DNA of 64,000 nt from Cyanophora paradoxa CCMP329 (taxonomy: Eukaryota; Plantae; Glaucophyta), in contig QPMI01000457.1 in assembly GCA_004431415.1 (NCBI GenBank), forward strand, positions 62,001-126,000, in the 5' to 3' direction. Positions within the stretch are counted from its first letter, which is position 1; every line of letters begins with the position of its first letter. The notes under the pieces were generated by a model. The model was not told the DNA's origin. It saw nothing but the letters and a program-made list of their open reading frames with translations, and made no database searches. Of the stretch, positions 48,605 through 60,915 are shown piece by piece. Position numbers and translations under genes: made by a program.

Positions 48605-50708
48605 TCAGAAGTCGCCCCCCGCGAGGGCGGCGTCGGGGAGGGCGTCGTCGGCGGCCTCGTAGAGGGGCAGCGCCTCCGCCCCGCACGCCTCCACCTCCCC
48701 GCCCGCCCCCCAGCCCCCCTCCAGCTCCTCCGCCCCGCTCCGGCACCGGCAATTGCACTGCGCGCCACGCCGGCGTGCGCCCCGCCGCCGTCAGAAGGGG
48801 CAGCGCCGCCGCGGGCCGCGCCGGGGTACGTGGGCGAACCGCGAGGAGGTCGGCCTCGGCGGTGGCCGCCTGCGGCCAAAGTCAGAGCGGGCGAGATCTG
48901 ACCCAGATCGTATTCGGGATCGCACGATTTCGATGAAGGCCTCCTCCTCGGCGCCGGCGTAGCGGTCCCCGCAGCGGCAGTTGCACTGCGCGCGCGAGCG
49001 ACGTCGGCGTTGGCGAGCGAGGCGGCAATTGCAAGCGTAGGAAGGGGCTGACGGCGGCGAGGTCGTCGTCATCGGCGACGCCCTCGGCGGCGAACGCGGA
49101 ATCTTCGGCGGCGCCGGCGAGGCCGGCCTCCTCCTCCGCGCAGTGCTTGCACCGGCAGTTGCACTGCGGACGCGAAAGAGCTCGCCAGTGAGCGCGAGTT
49201 TCATTTTCGTTGCGTGTGGGAAATTCAAATTAGATCCGGGCGAACGTCCATCACATCGTCCTCGCCCTCCGCGAAACCGGCGCCCTCGATGTCGGCGGTG
49301 GCGGCGGCGGCGGCCTCATCGTCGGCGCAGTTCTTGCAGCGGCAGTTGCACTGCGAAAAGAAACGAGTGAGCACTGGCGAAGGCCGCCGGGCCCTGGAAG
49401 GCTCCTACTGCGATTTTGCCTTCGCGCAAAAATCCGAAATCGAACGCATGCGCAGCCGCTCACCGCCTGGAGGTCATCGTCGGTCTCGGCGGCGGCGGCC
49501 TCGAACTCCTCCAGCGCGGCGACCGGCTCGGGGGCGAGGGCGGGGGCGGCCCCCGTGTAGGCCGGCGCTGGCTCGGGCGCAACCTCAGCGGTCTCGGCCG
49601 CGGGCACGGGCTCGGGCTCGGGCGCGGCCGCCTCAGGCGCGGCTTCGGGAGCGGCCTCCTCGTCGGCGAGGAGGGCGGTGACGAGGGCGGCGGAGGCGGC
49701 CGCGCTCTCCGCCGCCTCGCGCGCCAGGGCCGCCGGGTCCGCCGCCGCCTGCGTGAAGTCGCCCTCCCCCAGCCCCTCGATGTCGCTGCACGCGCGCACA
49801 GCCAGTCGAACGTTAACAGTGCGATCGGAGCTCGAGGCTACAAAGAGCGCGGGCGCCGCACCGGATGAGGTTCTCGGTGACGTCGGTGAGGTTGAGCACG
49901 ACGCCGTCCTCCGCCTCCAGCAGCTGCGTCAGCGGCACCTCCGCGTAGTTCGGCTGCGCGCATCAATGTTAACATTGGGCTTTTCGTGATTCGAGAAGCA
50001 GGAAGCAACCGGATTTTAGTTCGAGAAGCAGGAATTCGCACCAAGGGCGTGCCGTCCGCGCTGGGGCCGAAGCAGACGACAGTCGGGACGCCAATCTCGC
50101 CCGCAAAGGCCAGCTCCTTGAAGATCTGCCGGAAAAGAGATTTTCAATTAGTTTGTAATTAGATTCCACTCGGATTCGACATAAATATTATATTCGTATC
50201 CGCCGGCGCCCCAGCTGCAGCTGCAAGCCCGGGCGCGCCAAGGACGCGCACATTGCGGCACTCCTCGACGCCGTGCTTGATGTCGCACAGGACCTGCACG
50301 AAGTCGATGTCGCCAGCCGCTCGCACGCACGCCTCGTCCAGCGCCGGCGCGTACAACTTGCACTGCGCGCGAATTCGATTCGAAGGCTCGGTCGGTCCTA
50401 GATCTAGATCTACATATACAGGGCGTGGGATCCGGAGCGGACCTGAGAGCAATTCTCTTCGTCGGTGAGGTAGGCGACGACCTTCTTTCCCTGCCCCAGG
50501 AGCGCCTTGGTCTGCCGCGCGAGAGATCGTCGCCGGTCAGCGGTAATTCGAAGGATAACATCGCATATATACGCGAAATCAGGAGCGGCATAACCTCGTC
50601 CCAGGTCTTTGTCTGCAAGCAGCGGAGCGGGGAGCATGTAGTCGAGGATGCGTCGGACACGCCTTCGGCCTCCCCCAGTGCCGCGCCAGGCTCCAGCTTG
50701 TCCGCCAT
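48605..50708 (-). CDS. Thioredoxin-fold protein (CSQC) with acidic linker and four exon-encoded CNCRC repeats
   Basis: Spliced KVVAYLTDEENCSQ|CKLYAPALDE...IGVPTVVCF; tail DDDLQA|CNCRCKNC..., EDDVMD|CNCRCKHC..., DDDLAA|CNCRCG..., EADLLA|CNCRCRSG...AGGDF*. Confidence 0.75.
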
Positions 50709-51930
50709 TGATTTATTGTGCTCAAGCCTTGCAATTGGAGATCTAGCAGCTGCGCCGCGGCGCGAGATCGAGATTTACATATCAGCGGCTAGCATGCGCA
50801 GGCTAGCAACGTTTAACGTTAGCATCGTCGCACTGCGCGCGCACCTCGAAGTCGTCGTCGGCCGCTTCTTCTCCTCACTTGCTGCGAACTGCGAGGCGCA
50901 ATTAGGCTGACCGCGGCCTGCGCGGGCTGCGCGGGCCGCAGGCCCGCAGCCCGGCGCCGGCCGCTCGAGTTTCGAACCGGTTTTCAAGTGACCGGCGTCA
51001 GCGGATTTTTTTCCCGAACCGTTGAACGGTCAACTTGAACCACTAATCCTCGGAGCTTTCTGTGACACGGTGCGTGCCATGGAGTAGGTCTGAGACCACG
51101 TTTGACAACTTGGCAACACAGGGCACTGCGCATGTACCTGTCAAAGGTTCAACGGTCAGCGTGTAGGCACCTCGAGCTCGACCGATTAGATTAGAGTCGA
51201 CTCGGATCGACTAAATTAAAAAATCGGATCGACTCAGCGACCTTTCCAATGAAGTGGTCTAAAAATTTGATCGTGATCATCGGATGCCATGATGGTGAAT
51301 CAATACTGGTTGCCTAGCTATAGATCTAGCACAGGCTAGAACGATAACAGAACCAGAACTAGAAGATCTGACTTCAAGAACAACTTGCCTAGAAGTGGTC
51401 GACGTCTGACGTGACTCAGTGATATCGATCATGCATGGAGAACTTCGGTTCCGAAGTTCCCATCCATGGCCAATTGCAAGTGTCAGATGTGTGTTGAAGA
51501 AAACACCGGGCGGGAGGGGGGAGGGGGGAGGACGGGGGTGGGGGAGATCTAGGGCCAGGAGTGGGGTAGGGGAAGTACTGCGAGGGAGTGAAGAGGCTTG
51601 CGGCAGAGGAAGAGAATTGAGTTCGGGAGAGACAGAGTTTCTGTAGAGGAAATTAAGCCGGGCCGGAGCCCGGCGCCGCGGCTCGATCAAAGAATTAGAG
51701 AACGGGGCTAATTGAGATCGATATCTCGAGGGGATCGATCAAACTGATCATGCATATGAGATCTAGAGGGGATCGATCGATCGAGCAGCGTATGCTCAGT
51801 TCAGACTTCCAAAAACTTCACGGTGCGCTCCGCGGGCGCGCGCGGCGCTCGCGCGCCGCGGCGCATGCGCGTGCACGTGTGGTCCGTGCTGAACCGCACG
51901 CGTATACGTACGCTCCATTCTCCCGCAGCG

Positions 51931-52490
51931 ATGGACCAGGTACGAATTGCACGGGCCGAGGAGGAGGACGCCAAGGCGCGGAAGCACGAGGCCAAGAAGA
52001 ACGACGCGGAGGCGCGGGTTCGTGAGAATGCTCGCCGCGCTCCTGTGGCCGAAAATTGCGCCGCCGAAACAACCGCAATTTTTGCGACGCAGATCGCGGA
52101 CGTACAGGCTTCGAGCGAGTTCGGTGCGAGCGGCCCCGGGGCGGTCATCGACAAGATGAAGGAGTGCGCTGAGACCCGCGCTGACCCGCGCGCCGACGAG
52201 AGGCGACGCTAATTTCGGCGCGTGTGCGCGCGCAGGGCCGTGGGGATGTCCGAGGAGCAGAAGCTAATGAAGGAGGTGCGCCGAAAATTATTCTAGAGCC
52301 GAATATAGAACGCCTGATAAGATAACACACAAAACTTTACGCGCTTCGAAAACATGCGGCTGACTGTCGACGTCGTCCCGGCCCGCCGTTTACGCAGGCG
52401 GAGCACCAGGCGGCGGACGCGGAGAAGCACCTGCTCCGCGAGCAGCAGCTGCGCTCCAAGGCCCCCGGCACCGACGCCGACGTCTCGTGA
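51931..52490 (+). CDS. Small hydrophilic helical protein (hydrophilin/LEA-like), copy A, 4 coding exons
   Basis: MDQVRIARAEEEDAKARKHEAKKNDAEAR|IADVQASSEFGASGPGAVIDKMKE|AVGMSEEQKLMKE|AEHQAADAEKHLLREQQLRSKAPGTDADVS*; intron positions match copy B. Confidence 0.8.
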
Positions 52491-53127
52491 GGCTCGATTA
52501 CCAGGCGTTCGAATTCGTCTCGGCGCGCGGCCTGACTGCTTAAGCTAAGATGTCAGAGAGCTCGCCCTCAGGCTCAGGTCGTTCTTCTAAATGTGAATGA
52601 GGTTGCGAATAAAATATTGCGCGTTGATAACAGCAACAGTCAAGCAATTGCAATGCGCGCGCACGAGCAGAGGACGGGGCGCATCCGGCCGGGAGGCCTA
52701 GATCTAGAGTTCGGAAGATATCTATGGGCCGCTCGAGCTCGGAGAACAACTGCAGGTGGTGGCTGGGAGGGACGGGATCGGGACGTCGACCCGGGATGTC
52801 ATTATATCGATCCAGGGAGCGCTCGAATCGATCGATCGATCGACGTCGACCCGCGAATTAATTATATAAAGGAGACTAATCGAAGGCGCGAAATTACAGG
52901 AGGAGCTTATAAAAAAGCGAATTTTTGCAACCTCTCTAGATCTGCAACCTCTAGATCTCTGAAACCTCTCGCGGGGAGCTTGACAGGGAGGAGCTTGACT
53001 ACAGCGAATTTGAAAGCGCACGCGTACGCGTACGCGCGCGCCGGCGCGCTCTGTAGGCTTCTAGATCTAAAGTTCGAGCTTCTCCCGGACTCGATCAGAG
53101 CTGAGCCGCAAGCTCTCCCGTGCAGAA

Positions 53128-53665
53128 ATGGACCCCGTAAATCTCGCGCGTGCGGACATCGAGCAGGCGAAGGCTCGGAAGCACGAGGCCAAGAAGAACG
53201 ATACGGAGGCGAGGGTGCGCCGGTTTCCTCGCCTCGCATAGCTTTTTGCGGTCGATGCTGATGTATGCCGATCGGCGCAGCTTGCCGATGTGCAGGCTTC
53301 GCATGCAGCGACGGCGGAGAGCCCCGGGAAGGGCGCTCGTATCGTGGAGAAAATGAAGGAGTGCGCGCGCGGCCTTTCTATTTAATTTCGCAATTGACGT
53401 CGACCGCTGAATTATTTTGCAGGACTGTGGGGATGACGGAGGAGCAGATGCTGATGAAGGAGGTGATAGCTCTTGAATTCAATTTTATTCTTGAGAAGCG
53501 AGCCTAGGAGCCATCGAGGCTTACATTCGTCGGCTAATCATGACGTTGCCCGCCATTCCCGCGCCCGATCCGGCGCAGGCCGAGCACCAGGCGGCCGACG
53601 CCGAGAAGCACACTCTGAAAGAGCAGGCGCTTCGCTCCAAGGCCCCCAGCGCCGACGTCTTGTAG
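53128..53665 (+). CDS. Small hydrophilic helical protein (hydrophilin/LEA-like), copy B
   Basis: MDPVNLARADIEQAKARKHEAKKNDTEAR|LADVQASHAATAESPGKGARIVEKMKE|TVGMTEEQMLMKE|AEHQAADAEKHTLKEQALRSKAPSADVL*. Confidence 0.8.
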
Positions 53666-54299
53666 GCCTCGGAGGGCCACACTGGGGGCTCGAACTCGCA
53701 TGCGCATGCGCTGTTCAAATAATTCAATATAATGCTTGCGCATGATCACGACGCTGAATTACAACGCGTTCGTCTGTCGCGGCTATCTAGTACACCACAG
53801 TCTCTAAATCTGTACACGTACACGTGTTGAATGCTGACTCATGCCGGTCGTTCTAATTATAATACCAGGCCTAGGCCATGCACGTGTAAATGAAGCACAC
53901 CATAGAAAGAGCAGAAGTTTATAATGAAGGTTCGAACTCTGATTGCAATGCAATGCGAATGCCAAATACAGCATATGTACAGCTGTTCAAAATGCAAAAT
54001 CCGTTAACGTTCCAGTGCGCGAAAAAGTTCGCCGCGGAACTAAAGCCCCCCGGGGCTAGAGATGGCGCCGGCGGCGGGGGAGCGCGGCCCGCCCGTGGAA
54101 GAGAGGAGCCCATCGATCTCGCGCATGCGGACGCTCCACTCCTCCCGCGTCCTGCGAAAAGGAGCGCAACGTTAACGCCGACTGAGCCCATGGCCGGATA
54201 CACAGAGCAGTAATCATAAAAAGCTAGTCGGGATCCAGAGACGAGCAAAGGGTTCGATTAAGCTTAGGTAGAGTTAATCGACTGTCACATTATAAGCTT

Positions 54300-57131
54300 T
54301 AAGGGTCGGGCTGCAGCGAAGGCCGCGTGCGCACCGCTGGAGGCGCTCGCCGACCCGCTCCAGGTTCGCCCGAAGATCGGACGACGACTGCGAGAAATTT
54401 AAAGCTTAAGCTCGCTTCAAACACATAAGGTTTGCGCCCGGCGGCGACGTCGGGCTGCGGGCGGGCGCACGGAGAGGGCGGAGGCGAAGAGGGGCGGGGT
54501 CGAGCAGGCGGGGGTGCTCCCCGGCGAGCTCGAGGGCCGCGCCGAGCTCGGGCCGAGGCCGAGGGCGCGCGAGCCGGCGAGGATGGCGCCGATGGACCCC
54601 GAGGACGCCAGCCGCCCGCGGACGGAGCCGGCGCCCACCAGGGAGAGGGGTGTCTGGGCGCCGGAGCCGGCAGCCGAGCCGGCCGGCTGCAGGGGGCGGC
54701 CGTGGGAGGGGTAGGCGCCGACCGGCGTGGCCGCGCCGCTCGCGTTCGGAGTACCGCCGCCCCGGCGGAGGCGGCGGCCGGCTGCGTGTTCAGGGCCGCG
54801 AGCTTCAGGGTGAGGGCGGCGGAGGCCCCGAGGCCGAGGGAGCCGGCGCCGGCCCCGGCGCCGGTGCCGCGCGGGGTCGAGGCGCCGGAGCCAGCAACAG
54901 AGCCCGATCGCGAGTCGCCGGTGCCGGAGGGGGGGCGCAGCGGCGCCGGCTGCTGCAGCGGCGCCGGCTGCTGCAGCGGAGGCGCGAGCTGGGCCTCCGG
55001 GGCGGGGGCCGCGGCAGGCTGCAGCTGGACATGAGCTGTCGCGGTGGAATTGCCGCCGTGGCCAGGGGTCAGGGCTGCGGAGATCTGAGATGCGACGCCT
55101 CGACATCAGCCATTTTCGCGACATTTCGCGGTGGTCAATTCTAGCGGTGGCCGGTGCAAAACAATTCGTTGACGTTCACGCACGCGAGAGACAAGGCGGG
55201 CGCGCTCAGATTCCGAAGCGCGGGCTGCGGCCTGCGGGCGGCCTGAGGAGACTAGTACTTCGCGATGAACGGAGGTGGACTTGATGTAGAGCACCTTTAT
55301 GCGGGAGACTTCTGCCTCGAGGGCAGCCACGCGCTCCCCGGCCCTGCTCGAGGGGCGCGAAATTACAATCACGCGAAATCAACTAAAACCGACAGCGAGG
55401 CCGCACCGAACGGCAAGGTCGGAGTAGGCAGCTGACTGCCGCTGCGCTCTTCGAAATTCGCGATCGGCGGGTCAGGGGCTGCCGAAGGGCGGGGAAGCCC
55501 AACACAAGCTTAAGCGGGTGCGCACAAGGCGAGCTCTCGCTCCAGCGCCGACACGCGCTCCGCGCAGCTGCCGTCGCGAGAATAAATGAATTAGATGACG
55601 ACCGAAACCCTCGGAGAATGGCCGGCAGAGAAATTCCGTAAAGCCTGGAGCACCTTGTGGCGTACTTGCGCAACGAGTCCACCTCTTTCTCGGCTTCCTG
55701 TTGGGCGCAGGAAATTTAAAAATAGGTATGAGGACGTCCTTGCGATGAATTTGAATGCTTTAATTTTGCATGCCTGCCGGCCGCGGGAGGTGCGGTCCAA
55801 TCTAGGAACGGAGACACGGCGGGTGTCAGAAACCCGAAAAAATAACAATAAGAGAGTTGAAGCCAAGAACAAAACGCACTCTTCTGCGAGCTTGACGATC
55901 GTCTTCTCCTTCTCCGCGTCTCTCATCTGTCTCCGCGAATTTAGAGGGCGTTGCAGCGTCAAGTCCAATCTTATATAATAAAAAGGCAGGCTCGCCCGCA
56001 GTTCGGCGAGGAGCTTTCGGTTTGCGTCGCACTGCGACGCCAGCGCCGCCACCTCTTCCGCCGCCGCCTTCGCTCGTGCTCGTAGCGCCTGATCATGAGA
56101 GGGCGGGAGCGCCATCAGCACGACGCGGATCCCCGGATCGGGAGACAAGCTGCGGAAAGTTTCTGCAGCTCTGAAGCGATTGCAGCTGCAGGTACCTTTG
56201 TCGCATCCTTGAGAGACGCGTTTTCCGCCCGTAGAGCTGACGCCTGCGCTCACGCACATGCGATGAGTTCACTCGCGATCGATCGCGAGGCCCGCGAGGC
56301 ATATATATATATCCACGTGCACAAACCTCGCGCCCGATATCGGGGTGGTTCGGGCGCCCCCCATTGGTGCTGGTGCTCCCGATGCGCACGGCGGGACGCC
56401 GGCCGTGGGGCCGAGTGCACGGGGTCGGCTCGGTGAGAGCGCGCCTGCACGGGGTCGGCTCGGTGAGAGCGCGCCTGCAGAGCAATAATTGTAATTATTA
56501 TAATGAAATAATCGAGGCGCCGGTGCCAAATATGCGCAGCTCGCTTTCGCGCACCACAGTGCCGAGAAGATCCCGCCAGAGCTCGAGTCACGTGTTTGCT
56601 CAACGTCTTCCGAATCGCTGTAACTGTCGGCGAGTGAGACCGCGCGCAAAAGAGGTCAGTACGCCAACTTAAATGCCGTCGCCGCGTCTGACTAGATATA
56701 CAACCGCGTACGCACATCAAGCTGTCATTCTCCACGTGCACGCAAGCGCCCCTCGCAGCAGCCGCGGGTGAATCGCAATCTCGAGCTTCGTGATCAGGCT
56801 CCGATGGGCAGATGCTCGGGGCGCGCTGGAAAGCTGCCGCTGCTAGCTTCCGGCGCGCCAGCTCTTCAATCTGTGCCGCCGCGCGCGAGGCGAGGGGCAG
56901 CGGCTGCGACTCTGCAGAGAGCTCCGCCTCCGCGTCTAGGTGTGGCTGCTGCTTTGAATTCGAGCTCGACGGCGCGGGGGGCAGGGGCGCGACGGAAGAG
57001 CGCAGGCCGAACGCGCTAGCGAACGCGGCGTCGGGTTCGCTGCACGGTGCGAGCCAGCCAGGCTGTGCGCACGCGTACGCGCTCGAGTGCTGCTGCGACG
57101 CGGCGCCTACAGATAGATCCGCAGGAGCCAT
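54300..57131 (-). CDS. Hypothetical coiled-coil protein with Ser/Gly/Ala-rich C-terminus; boundaries approximate
   Basis: Coiled-coil-like exons ALRARAKAAAEEVAALASQCDANRKLLAEL, ERVSALERELAL and RVAALEAEVSRIK separated by GT/GC-AG introns. Confidence 0.4.
56416..56479. repeat. 30-bp tandem duplication
   Basis: TGCACGGGGTCGGCTCGGTGAGAGCGCGCC x2 followed by TGCA. Confidence 0.9.
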
Positions 57132-57948
57132 GTGCGCTGCTACTTTGCGACTCCTTGCTCGCCTCGAGCTCTAGATCTTCTCCTCAGCGGCAGCTGCTGC
57201 TTGACTGCCGCAGGGCTAGCGCCCCCAGCTTCATGGCGGCAACGTGACCGCTGTCCGACAATCCAGTTCTGACCGCTATAGCTACGTATACGCTCCAAGC
57301 TGACCGCTGACCACTGGGACAGCGTACCACTTTTTTCAGGTTGACGTCGGCTGTGACACGGGTCAAGCTGAATCGGAACTTGAATGCTTTTTTTCTTCGA
57401 AAGTGGTTTCGGGCTTTGACAGCTCGAAACCTCGAGACGTTGAATGCATTTTTTCGCGTTTGAATTAGAAAAGTGGTTCTCGGGCTTTGACGGTGGTTCC
57501 GGAGCCTTCCGCTTCGAAAGACTGTGCCCCGAGGCTCGGAGGTTCAAGAGCTGTCCGCGCCCCCTGCAGCTGCAGCCTGCAGCCCGCAGCGCTAGCAGCC
57601 CAAGTCTGGTTTTGGTGCCCGAATTTCGGACGCGAAGACCTAGCTATAGGCTCCGAACGCCGAGCCCTAGAGTCGATGCCCCCGGTCACCTTAGTCGCCG
57701 CGGCGGCCATCGGTAGCAACCTTCGGCTCCCTCAGACGCGCTCCCACCTTAAGCTTCGGCACCTGCACCCGCCCTCGTGCGTGCGCGTGCGCGTTCCCGC
57801 CGTAGCTTCTACTTCCAGCGGACCGTATCGATAACGCTGACTGCACGGCCTACAGCTGCTGGTGCCGCGTGTTCGCTCGCAGCTTCTCAGACAGAGTCTA
57901 GGCGTGAGCTTTCTTTGACCGGTATACGCAGTGATCTAGAAGCGCAAA

Positions 57949-60197
57949 ATGGAGGAGCAGCAGAACCCCGGCCTCGCGATTGCGAACGAGAAAGCGCCCG
58001 AGCACGCCAAAGTGCCCGACGCCGCCCCGGCGGCTGGGAAGCCGGCCGCAGCGGGACCCGCGGCTGCCGGGTCCACGACGGAGACCGTCAACCCCTCGGC
58101 AGACCCCGCCACCCTCGGCCTTGTTTCGGGCGTCGCGCAAGAGTTCGAGCACGCCACCGTCGTGACGTGGGATGAGGCCCGCACAATTTCGCCCACTCAG
58201 CACTTAAGCTTATGCGCGCCTCGCTTTACATTTTTGGCTGACTGGACGCGCACGCGCATGCGCAGGCAAAGGCAGCCATCGGGCAGGGGGCGCCTGTGGC
58301 GCTCTACGTGACGGCAGACGCCGAATGTGCGAATTCCTCGATTGCGTTGAAGCTCGTCGCAGACATCGATGTTTTAAAGCTTCCTCTTTCTGTAGGCACC
58401 TGGTGCCGCACCTTCAGCCCCGCCGTCGACGCCGCCGCGGACGCCCTCGCCGACCTCGGGTACAAGTGCCTCGTTGTCGACTGTGCGCCCCACTCAAGCC
58501 TTTAAATTTGTCTCGGGATCGATATCGGGGTCATCGGAATCGATATCGATTGCATATTCCGGATCCATCTCATGCACGCACCCGCAACCCTCAGGCGACA
58601 TCACAGGCAAGCACCCCTCCAAAGACAACGCGTATCTGGTAAATGAATTTCCTCTCGCGATCTGCGTGTGAATCCCCTTGTGTGTAACGCTTCAAATTCT
58701 TACAAATTCTTCAATTTCCGCGCGCAGATCTTCCACGAGCTCGGATACGAGGCCGAGATGGGCGTCCCGACGCTCCTCTTCTACCCGTCGGAGGTCCCCG
58801 CCGGCGCCGACGGCAAGCCCGACGTGGTGCGAAAGCCGGCGCCATCGTCTAAAATTTTATCCATGCTTAAGCTTTGAGCCATGCCATTCACAGTAAATAC
58901 ATAAAAGCCTTAATCAGAGCCGCACTGCACATGTGACCGTCGGACGTCAATGTGTATTACTAAGTTACGCTCTGGCTTGCCAGTTGCACCTAAGCTTGCA
59001 AGTGCATTAATTTCGCGTGTTTGCATTTATCGCCATCGTTGACCGCGCGCTGGCCGGCCGGGGCGCAGTCGAAGGGGTACGCGGAGTGCCAGCTGGCGCC
59101 GCTGGAGACGACACCGGAGGGCGCCCTCGTCGACGTCGAGGACGCCGCCGATAAGATCGTCTCGTGCGCGCCTCCAGTTGCTGAATCATTATAACTCTGT
59201 TTTATCTCCGCTTCTTTTTTGTCTCGTCTCGCGCTGACGACGACCTCTTCGCTTCGCGCAGGTTCGCGCTGACGGGGGTCCAGTTCGAGGCCCCGACGGA
59301 CCTGGAGGGGCTCGCGGTGGAGGGCGCCGAGGGCGCCGAGGGCGCCGGCCCCGCCCCGACCTTCGAGACCGGCGCCCTCGAGGCAGACGTCGACGTCCCC
59401 TCCGACGTGCGAAATCTCATTCGAAATTGAAATTTGAAATCCAGCCGCGCTCACGCTTTTGCTCGCAGGGGACGGGGGAGGAGCAGACGGCGGTTGTGGA
59501 TGAGGATGTCTCCGCCTTGGCCGTCGAGGACGCCGCGGAGCCCGCGGAGGTCGAGGCGACGGCGGTGGCCGATGCCGCGCCACCGGCCGACGCCGACTCC
59601 GCCATCGCCGCGGAGGTCCCCTCGGAGGCCCCGCCGTCGGAGGCGCCGGCAGAGGCGGCGGCGGCAGAGGAGGCGGCGGCGGAGGCGCCCGTGCTGGTGG
59701 ACGCGTCGCCCTTCCCGCCCGCCGACCTCGTCGTCGGCACCGCCGCCGAGCCGCCGGCCGAGCCCGAGCCTGAGCCCGAGCAGGCGCCGGCGCCCGAGGA
59801 GGCCGCACCCGTGGAGGCCGCGGCTGCGCCCGAGGAGGAGGAATACGACCCCGCCGTGCGCAGTGCCCATCCTGCCATTATTATAAACGTTCACTGTTCC
59901 TCATTCGAATTTATTTCGATCTTCTCGCGCCCGATCAGGAGCTGGAGACGGCCGACGAGGACCTCCTCGCGGTTCGTCCACGCGCTCCGCGGCGGCGCTG
60001 CCTCCTCTGACGGCGTCGCCCGCTTGCGCGGCGCGCAGTGCGACTTCCGGTGCCGGAGCGGGGCGGAGGCGGAGGAGGGGGGCTGGGGGGCGGGCGGGGA
60101 GGTGGAGGCGTGCGGGGCGGAGGCGCTGCCCCTCTACGAGGCCGCCGACGACGCCCTCCCCGACGCCGCCCTCGCGATCGCCGGAGGCGACTTCTGA
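57949..60197 (+). CDS. Thioredoxin-fold protein (CTWC) with acidic Ala/Glu/Pro linker; inverted paralog of 48605-50708
   Basis: VVTWDE|AKAAIGQGAPVALYVTADAEC(codon split by intron 58327-58395)TWCRTFSPAVD...EMGVPTLLFY; tail DEDLLA|CDFRCRSG...AIAGGDF*. Confidence 0.8.
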
Positions 60198-60915
60198 GGC
60201 CCGACCTCGAGCTCGAGCCCGCGATCGAGGCTTCGAATTCCTTGCCAGCTTCGAATTAAATATTCTTGGGGAGCTCTTTTCGCGAATCGAATTAAGCATA
60301 TACGTATACACCGCGACGATAGTATAACAATTGATCATGAACTTCGCGATCTGAAGCCCGTGGAAGCTTTGCAGTTATAATTACGTTATGTTTTTCGTGC
60401 ACGCGAGTTGACTCATCTTTCGTGCGACAAGTCGCAATTGCTACAGGTCTAGATCCGTGCCAACGTCGACCGCGGGCCCGACCGCGGGGTGTTGAACGTC
60501 AATATCACGATCAATGCCCGTCATTTGGCCTGAGCGCTTTTATTGCTCTTCGTGCCTGAGACCTCAACTATACACTGCGACGGCTGGGGCTGAGGGGAAT
60601 GCGCAAGCTGTCACATACGAGTCGTAATTTGTGAGTAGTGGCGGCCCTAGGCTTTTATACCGGCGCAGCCGTTATAACTTGATAAGCGGCCGGCCAGCGC
60701 CGCGGATCCCGGCCCGGCGGGCCTGGGATCATCGGATGGAGCGTACGTCGATCATCGATTGCCTCGTAGTTTCAATTGGGACTCCAGGAGTCGGACCGGG
60801 ACAGCTTGGCAAAGAGGCCCCGGCGCGATCGCGACGAAACTCTGGACTTGCCTAACGGCGGCCTGCTGAAACATGAAAGTCCCCCGCGGAAACTCGATTT
60901 TTTTCGAATTCGAAG

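Noticed and set aside
48605-48680. C-terminal LPDAAL(AI)AGG as a double-glycine RiPP leader motif
   Set aside because: Superficial resemblance in low-complexity acidic sequence; only two residues follow it and no modifying enzymes are nearby.
51000-51750. Lower-GC, purine-rich intergenic stretch as an LTR or transposon relic
   Set aside because: No terminal repeats, TSD, or transposase/RT motif recognisable.
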